Source of the DNA: a virus
Lineage: Duplodnaviria; Caudoviricetes
Direction: 5' to 3' (one strand)
Length of the DNA stretch: 39,687 bases
Virus record (IMG/VR): IMGVR_UViG_3300017747_002332
Coordinates: 1 to 39,687 of that record
In this document: in pieces, positions 33,701-39,687 of the stretch
Numbering within the stretch: position 1 is the stretch's first letter
Layout of the letters: every line of letters begins with the position of its first letter
The notes under the pieces: generated by a model
What the model saw: only the letters and a program-made list of their open reading frames with translations
Database searches by the model: none
Told to the model about the DNA's origin: nothing
Made by a program: the position numbers and the translations under genes

Positions 33701-35095
33701 ATGGCTCAACAATATAACCCATTTGCCTTCCTAGGAAGACTAGGGAAATTTAATCCAAATTCAGTCAAGAGTGTGAACGACTTTGGTTCAAGCGTAGGAC
33801 TCAATCAGGCTAATACTGGTATGGGTTACTTGAACGCAGGTCAAAAGGCACTTAAGGGTGATATTGGTGGTGCAATTGCTTCAGGTGCTGACACGTATCT
33901 AGGTGCTGCCATTCCTGCTTATGGTGCATTGAAGACGTTTAATCAACTTACTGGCGGTGGTATCAACTTCAATCGGATGATGAATCCTAGAGGGACTGTA
34001 TACAACGAGGCTGACCTTGCACGTAAGGCTATGATGACTGGTGAGATTGAGAGCCAGCGTAACCTTGCTAGTGAGCAGATTCGTGACGCTACAGAACGAC
34101 GACAGGCTATTCGTCCTCAGCAAGAGAAGATTCAATCTGACATTCTAGATATGCTTACACAGGGTTTATCTAGTAGACAACTTGCTCCTATCTATGGTGC
34201 AGGTGAAGCCCGTAATAGGCAGATAGGTGCTGCGTCTCAGGCTGCTATGCAACAATCCCTTGCTGCTAGAGGCGTTGGTGGTGGTGTCCAAGCAGGTGTT
34301 GAACAGGCTAACCTAGCTGCTCAGAACGAGCGTTCTGCTGCACTCAATAACGCTATTACTCAACAGCAACTACAGCAACGTCCTGAGATGTTGAATATGG
34401 CTGCTAACTTACTTGCACAACGTGACGCACAAGCACTTAGTGAGATGCAGTACGGTCAAGGTCTAAATCTACAGGCTAGTCAGATGGCTAACCAGCAAGC
34501 ACTTGCAGAACGTCAGTTACGTATGCAGGAAGATGCTGCTGCTCGTGCTAGACGGCAACAGGAGATGGAGAACGTAGGTCAGATAATGGCGTTACTTGCT
34601 CCTGAATACGACAGGATTAAGAAGAGAGGTAAGAAGACTACTAAACCATATGTGACTACTAACGCTCCATTTACTCCTGAAAATACGCCAGGTTATGGAT
34701 TAGATGTAACTACAGAGCAATCACCTGTTGAATCCTATGATTTACCTATGCCTAGTGATTCTGCGCTTAGTGTGCAAGATGTACTTCGTGGCACGTTCGG
34801 TATGGCACAACCAGAAAGCCTTGGTGGTGGTCTAACGCAGGTGACTGACATCAGGACTATTGAGGCTATTAATAGAGACCCTGACAAACGAATAGAGCAA
34901 GACCTTGGTAATGGACTCGCTATGGTTGCATATCTTGACCCACGTACTGGTCGTTATATGAAGATGTACGCTAGGTCAAATCCAGAGTATGTTGGCGCAC
35001 CAATATCTGGTGCTGCTGTTCTTCGTCAAGGTGAGACTGGTGTTCCATCTACACCTAATGCACCTATTGGCTTTGCTAAGTCGTTCTACGGGTAA
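33701..35095 (+). CDS. Internal virion / DNA ejection protein 1 (probable)
   Basis: Gly-rich hydrophobic N-region, Gln/Ala coiled coil, LAARG motif; podovirus gene order. Confidence 0.65.
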   Translation: MAQQYNPFAFLGRLGKFNPNSVKSVNDFGSSVGLNQANTGMGYLNAGQKALKGDIGGAIASGADTYLGAAIPAYGALKTFNQLTGGGINFNRMMNPRGTVYNEADLARKAMMTGEIESQRNLASEQIRDATERRQAIRPQQEKIQSDILDMLTQGLSSRQLAPIYGAGEARNRQIGAASQAAMQQSLAARGVGGGVQAGVEQANLAAQNERSAALNNAITQQQLQQRPEMLNMAANLLAQRDAQALSEMQYGQGLNLQASQMANQQALAERQLRMQEDAAARARRQQEMENVGQIMALLAPEYDRIKKRGKKTTKPYVTTNAPFTPENTPGYGLDVTTEQSPVESYDLPMPSDSALSVQDVLRGTFGMAQPESLGGGLTQVTDIRTIEAINRDPDKRIEQDLGNGLAMVAYLDPRTGRYMKMYARSNPEYVGAPISGAAVLRQGETGVPSTPNAPIGFAKSFYG

Positions 35096-35100
35096 TAACT

Positions 35101-36753
35101 ATGGCTATTAATCTTACAGGTCTACTACAGGGGTTCCAGCAGGGTAACCAGTTCGTTGAACAACAACGACAGGCTAGACGTGCTGACGAACAGTTCAAGC
35201 TTGCTGAACGCCGACAGCGAGGAAGTGAACTTGATGCCAAGTTTAAAGAGGCTCGTCGTGTCGCTGAACTCGATGCCCTTGATGATGAGAACACACTTAA
35301 GTCACTTCAAGTACCCGGTATGGATGAAGGTAGCCGTCAGGCTATTCTTGAGGCACGTAAGCGTAGGCGTTCTGAGAATGAGGCGTATCTAAAGACGTTC
35401 TCTATGGACCCTGAATCAGCACAAGAGTTGACTTCTAGGTTTGGTGACATCACTAAACTTATGCGTCCTTCTACCATTCAGTCTGGAATGCTACCTAAGC
35501 CTTCTATGGATATTGCCAACATCATCAAGATGGCAGAGGGTTATCGTAAGGAAGCAGAACTCACACCTGATGAGCAGACTAAAGGATTCCTAGTACAGCG
35601 TGGTCGTGATGCACTCTCTGCGTTAGGTGCTTCAGCGGATATCGTTGATAAGTTCCTTCCAGGCTATAAGGCTGTCGTTGGGAAGGGTCAAGAATCAGTT
35701 AGTCCTCTTGCGCCTGTAATGGAACCTGAGGCTTTACGTGCTAAGGGTCTTGGTGCAGGTAGTACGTTTGTAGACCCTCAGACTGGTCAGACTGTTCGTC
35801 TTACTGAACAGGATGGCAAGTTGATGAAGTCTTACGTCACTCCTCCTAAGGACATTATTGCTGAGTATATGCCTTCAGGTATGGAGGGCGTAAAACTCAA
35901 GAAGGCTCAGTCTGATATTGCTAGGACAGAGGCTGCTATCAAGGATATTGAATCTAAGATAAAGATGCGTCCTCAAGAGTTAGAGTTGAAAACTCAAGAA
36001 GCATTCTCAAAGATTAAAGACCGTAATCTTAGGGCGCAGATTGCAAGAGAAAGTCTTGGTATTAAACGTGCTGGACTTGCCCTACGAAGAGACCTTGCTG
36101 AACTTGCTCGTGATGATGCCAGGCGAAAGTTAGGTATTACCACCTCATTTAAGATGGCTGATTATATGCGTAAGGTGCAGAATACTGCTCAAGGTAGTCT
36201 TGCTGCAGCTGAAGCATCACTTCGTTCTGTAAATGAAAAACTTGCTGAAGCTACAACTAAAGGTGCGCCTGCTGAGGTTCGAACCCATAGAGCAGTGTCA
36301 CAAGCACTTGAGGCTGAGGTTGCAAAGTTACGTGCAGCTGCATCTGGTCAGATTGACTACAATATGTTTAGGTCATCTATGGACAGTCTTGGTCTAGGTG
36401 ATGTTGACGTAGATATGTCAGCCTTTGGTATGGGTGGCGGATATCAACAATCGTATGGTGGCGGTTACCCACAACAGTACGGTGGATATTACCCACAACA
36501 ACAGCAATCACCTGTAGTTGTAATGCAAGGTGGCGCACCTGCACAATACCCGTATCCGTATCCGTATCCTGCTCCTGCTCCTAGCCCAGCACCTGCTGGT
36601 GGTGGTACAACGGCAGGTAGTGCTAGATTCATATTGAGTGATGGAAGTGTGCTTCCTGTTGGACCAGGTGGACTTCGTGTTGGTTCAAAACCGGGTCAGA
36701 TTTCAAACAAGGCTAATGCACTAGCAGGAATGATGTCAGGTGGCAAAAAGTAA
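35101..36753 (+). CDS. Internal virion / DNA ejection protein 2 (probable)
   Basis: GLLQGFQQG N-terminus, long helical regions, low-complexity tail. Confidence 0.65.
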   Translation: MAINLTGLLQGFQQGNQFVEQQRQARRADEQFKLAERRQRGSELDAKFKEARRVAELDALDDENTLKSLQVPGMDEGSRQAILEARKRRRSENEAYLKTFSMDPESAQELTSRFGDITKLMRPSTIQSGMLPKPSMDIANIIKMAEGYRKEAELTPDEQTKGFLVQRGRDALSALGASADIVDKFLPGYKAVVGKGQESVSPLAPVMEPEALRAKGLGAGSTFVDPQTGQTVRLTEQDGKLMKSYVTPPKDIIAEYMPSGMEGVKLKKAQSDIARTEAAIKDIESKIKMRPQELELKTQEAFSKIKDRNLRAQIARESLGIKRAGLALRRDLAELARDDARRKLGITTSFKMADYMRKVQNTAQGSLAAAEASLRSVNEKLAEATTKGAPAEVRTHRAVSQALEAEVAKLRAAASGQIDYNMFRSSMDSLGLGDVDVDMSAFGMGGGYQQSYGGGYPQQYGGYYPQQQQSPVVVMQGGAPAQYPYPYPYPAPAPSPAPAGGGTTAGSARFILSDGSVLPVGPGGLRVGSKPGQISNKANALAGMMSGGKK

Positions 36754-39687
36754 TGGCTGAAAACCCAAAACAGAGATTTCGCAGAGTTCTTAATGACCTG
36801 TCCCAAGATGACAGAACATTCCTTGATAGTGGACTTCGACGAATCTATAGCGAGTCTCTGTCGTACGGTTTAAAGAACAACTTCCTTACAAAGGATGAGG
36901 TAGTCAAGTATCAGACTCTTGCTCAACAGAGAGATACAGCACTACGTAAAGTCAACGTACTTGACCCACAAGGTAACCCTATATCTAAGGAGACAACCGT
37001 TCCCGTTATGCGGAACGGTCAAGTTGTCCAAGAGAAGCGTGTAACACCTGTAACGCCATTTGACTTATTGCGTAAGACAGGTGGTCAGATGGAAGGTGGT
37101 TCAGTTGATGGACCACTCTTTACTGGTTACACATTAGATACTGGTGCGCCTATAGGTACTGCTCGTAAGAAGTTCCAAGAGGAAGTTATTCCTGCTGCAC
37201 AGAAGGCTGCAACTGAACTTGAGAAGACTAAGGGTCAGACTAAGTTCTATCAGCCTGGTACTGCGGTTGGATTACTTGCTGGTGGTCTAGCATCTATCCC
37301 TGTTGGTATTGGTAAGGCTGTTACAGCACCTCTTGCTGCTGGTGTTAGTCGTGGTATCGGATTAGTTGACCCTGAGGCTTCACGTCAGTTTGATGAGAGT
37401 GTTGCAAGGGCTTACTACCCTGAGGCTACGGTTGATGTATCACAACCATTCAAGACTGGTGTTGATGTAGGACAGATTGCTGGTATCAAGGCTGCTGAGG
37501 CTATTCCTGCGTCTCTTGCTGCGCTTACCGCTGGTGGTGCTGCTGCTATTCCTGCAAGTATTGCAACTACTCCTGTTGGTGGTGCTGTCGTAGGTACTGG
37601 TGTAGGTCTTGCTGCTGCTGCTGCTACAAATCAAGCTCAGAACTTCCTTACTGAACTTGCCTTAGGTTCGTCTTATAAACCTGCTGCTGAAGGTTTAGGT
37701 TTTGATATCCAGCGTAGTCCACTCAGTGAGGCTCGTGCTAGGTTTACTCAAGAGCGTACTGAACTTGCACCTAGTGCAGCATTTGCTGGTGAGTTTGCGC
37801 CTAACCTTTTGATGGGTACTCCTACACTTCCAAAGGGATTCTTTGGTGGTGCTAAGGCAGGACTTGCTGCAACTCGATTAGGACAAGAAGGACGTGCTGC
37901 ACTTACGGCTGCGTCTATGCCAGCGGCTGAAAGCCTTGCAGGTAAGTTCGCTGCAACACCTGTAATGCAAGCAGCCCGTAACGTAGGTCAACGCCTTGAA
38001 CGTATTCCGGGTGTTGGTGCTACTGCTACATTTGGTCGTGGGTTTGCTCAGTCTGAACCGGGGCGTGAGTTCCTTAGCGATATTGCAGAGCGTGGTGTTG
38101 AAGGTTCTGCTGACCTCTACTTTGCACTCAAAGAGAATGCAGATAAGCCAGCTGACCAACGTGACCCTATGTGGATGATTCTTGGTAAGACTGCACTAGG
38201 TTCTATGTTTGAAGGACAGCATAGACTTGGTGCTAAGTTGAATGCACCTGGACAAGCGTTAGGTATGGCTGCAGTACGCAAACTTGATGAACGTATGGGT
38301 ACGTTCACGCCAGAGGCGTATACAAGCCTTGCACCTCCAGTTGTACCATCGGCTACTGGAACAACCCCTACGGGGGCTACAGCGACTCCTAGAGTGCCTT
38401 CTCCGTTCACCTTTGGTAAGACTAGGGTTACAGGTGCATCTACTCCACTGCCGACACTTGATGAAGGTGTTGTACCTATTGGTGGAGGTATGGTTGCACG
38501 TATTGCACCTACTGGTGAAGCGACTGTTGAGTCAGCACCTCCAGTTGATTATGACCGTACTCCAGCGTCTAGTCCTTCTGTTGGTCGTAACGTACTTGAC
38601 GCACTTGGTGGTGTTGCACCTAAGAGTAATCTGCTTAGTGTTGGGAATATTGGACGTGTTGGTACACGCTTTGGAACTGTTCAGTCTCAGGGTGGAGAGT
38701 CTCAGTTATTCCTTGGTCTTACGCATGACGGACTCGTTATGGTTAAGGCTACTGACAAGAAGACTGGTGAGTCTAGTATTGACCTTGTAAGTCCTGACCT
38801 TTTGATTGGTGATAACAAGCGTATTGCTCGTGAAGCATTCAAGGCTGGTAATCTCACACCTAGCGATAAGACTGGTTATCAGCGTAAGGATTATGATGTT
38901 GAGCTTAGTCGTACGGCTGATTACGAACCTACTAGTGAGGGTGAAGGTCCATCTTCTAAGGACTTTGATAAAGAGATTCGTGTATCCAAGAACCCTATCT
39001 TTGGTCGTGTAGTAAAGGCTATTGACGAGAACTTCTCAGTCATGCAGATTCCATCACCTGTTGGTGGCTTTGACATGATGGTTGTTCCTAACGATACTGT
39101 TACGGGACTGAAGCGTGGTCAACGTGCTGTTGCAGGTGAGGTTCTTGATACTACTTCTATGAACCTCGATATGTCTGCGTATCGTGTTGATAGAGGTAAG
39201 TATGACCCTATCTTCAAGGGTGATAGCAAACAGCGTATTACGGGTGCTACGCATCCTATTATGCTTACACCTGAGCAAGTCGCTGATGCTGCTGCACGTA
39301 AGACTAATCTTGGTAACTTCCGTAACCAGTTGAAGGCTGAAGGTCGTGCTGAGGGTGATGTAAATGCTCAGTACAACGCTGCTCGTGACAAGTCTTATGC
39401 TGACTTGCGTAAGGCTACTCCAAAGGCTGAAAACGATTATGCAGTTGGTAGCACGATTGACTTTACGGCAGCTGATGGTGAAGTATCTAAGGGTGTTGTC
39501 GTAGGCAATACAGCGTACGGTCCAACTGTAGTAGATGTTGCTAATCCTATGTCACCTGCGTTTACTGTTCAGGAACCACAGATTGTAAGTAGTAGTGCAG
39601 AGCCTACTGTAAAGCCTGAGCCAGAGAAGAAGACTACCACTAAACCTAAGGCTGAAAAGAAAGAACCTGCTAAGAAGGAGCCTGTAA
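36753..39687 (+). CDS. Large internal virion protein (partial, >978 aa, open at right edge)
   Basis: Own translation from ATG 36753 (MAENPKQRFRRVLNDL...), TAATG coupling; apparently open to the window end, which explains its absence from the ORF track; Gly/Ala-rich hydrophobic segments. Confidence 0.8.
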   Translation, partial: MAENPKQRFRRVLNDLSQDDRTFLDSGLRRIYSESLSYGLKNNFLTKDEVVKYQTLAQQRDTALRKVNVLDPQGNPISKETTVPVMRNGQVVQEKRVTPVTPFDLLRKTGGQMEGGSVDGPLFTGYTLDTGAPIGTARKKFQEEVIPAAQKAATELEKTKGQTKFYQPGTAVGLLAGGLASIPVGIGKAVTAPLAAGVSRGIGLVDPEASRQFDESVARAYYPEATVDVSQPFKTGVDVGQIAGIKAAEAIPASLAALTAGGAAAIPASIATTPVGGAVVGTGVGLAAAAATNQAQNFLTELALGSSYKPAAEGLGFDIQRSPLSEARARFTQERTELAPSAAFAGEFAPNLLMGTPTLPKGFFGGAKAGLAATRLGQEGRAALTAASMPAAESLAGKFAATPVMQAARNVGQRLERIPGVGATATFGRGFAQSEPGREFLSDIAERGVEGSADLYFALKENADKPADQRDPMWMILGKTALGSMFEGQHRLGAKLNAPGQALGMAAVRKLDERMGTFTPEAYTSLAPPVVPSATGTTPTGATATPRVPSPFTFGKTRVTGASTPLPTLDEGVVPIGGGMVARIAPTGEATVESAPPVDYDRTPASSPSVGRNVLDALGGVAPKSNLLSVGNIGRVGTRFGTVQSQGGESQLFLGLTHDGLVMVKATDKKTGESSIDLVSPDLLIGDNKRIAREAFKAGNLTPSDKTGYQRKDYDVELSRTADYEPTSEGEGPSSKDFDKEIRVSKNPIFGRVVKAIDENFSVMQIPSPVGGFDMMVVPNDTVTGLKRGQRAVAGEVLDTTSMNLDMSAYRVDRGKYDPIFKGDSKQRITGATHPIMLTPEQVADAAARKTNLGNFRNQLKAEGRAEGDVNAQYNAARDKSYADLRKATPKAENDYAVGSTIDFTAADGEVSKGVVVGNTAYGPTVVDVANPMSPAFTVQEPQIVSSSAEPTVKPEPEKKTTTKPKAEKKEPAKKEPV

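Noticed and set aside
37440-39278. Short ORFs listed in the last 2.3 kb
   Set aside because: Alternative frames or antisense of the long ORF starting at 36753.
13861-39687. Stop-codon reassignment, introns or inteins in late genes
   Set aside because: Genes tile densely under the standard code with TAA, TAG and TGA all used as stops; terminase, portal and capsid are of normal size.

Overview
This window is a 39.7-kb segment of a lytic tailed-phage genome (Caudoviricetes, podovirus-type gene set) read with the standard genetic code. Bases 1-4540 hold an array of about 14 small leftward genes, probably early genes. They are separated by 11 copies of a GCAGGGTA-loop-TACCCTGC hairpin, and most share an AGAAAGGT(AGGTAG) ribosome-binding leader. 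Bases 5190-13850 are a mixed-strand accessory and replication region: thermonuclease, N6/N4 DNA methyltransferase, DUF2829/Tad2-like protein, HNH, SSB, PD-(D/E)XK-like nuclease, ThyX, dUTPase, LuxR HTH and small basic proteins. Many of these genes look leaderless. Several intergenic units with their own promoter and terminator look like small RNAs, and one is tRNA-like with a non-canonical anticodon loop. From 13861 to the end is the morphogenesis operon: terminases, portal, scaffold, major capsid, two adaptor-like proteins, holin-like genes, two tandem beta-helix tailspike modules with recombination scars, a nozzle-like protein and three internal/ejection proteins. The best candidate for a novel system is a ~95-nt sRNA at 10890-10985 (-) whose two exposed C/U-rich segments are complementary to the repeated leaders of the early gene array, suggesting a phage-encoded multi-target antisense shut-off of early translation. 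All functional calls come from motif recognition by eye; no database searches were run.
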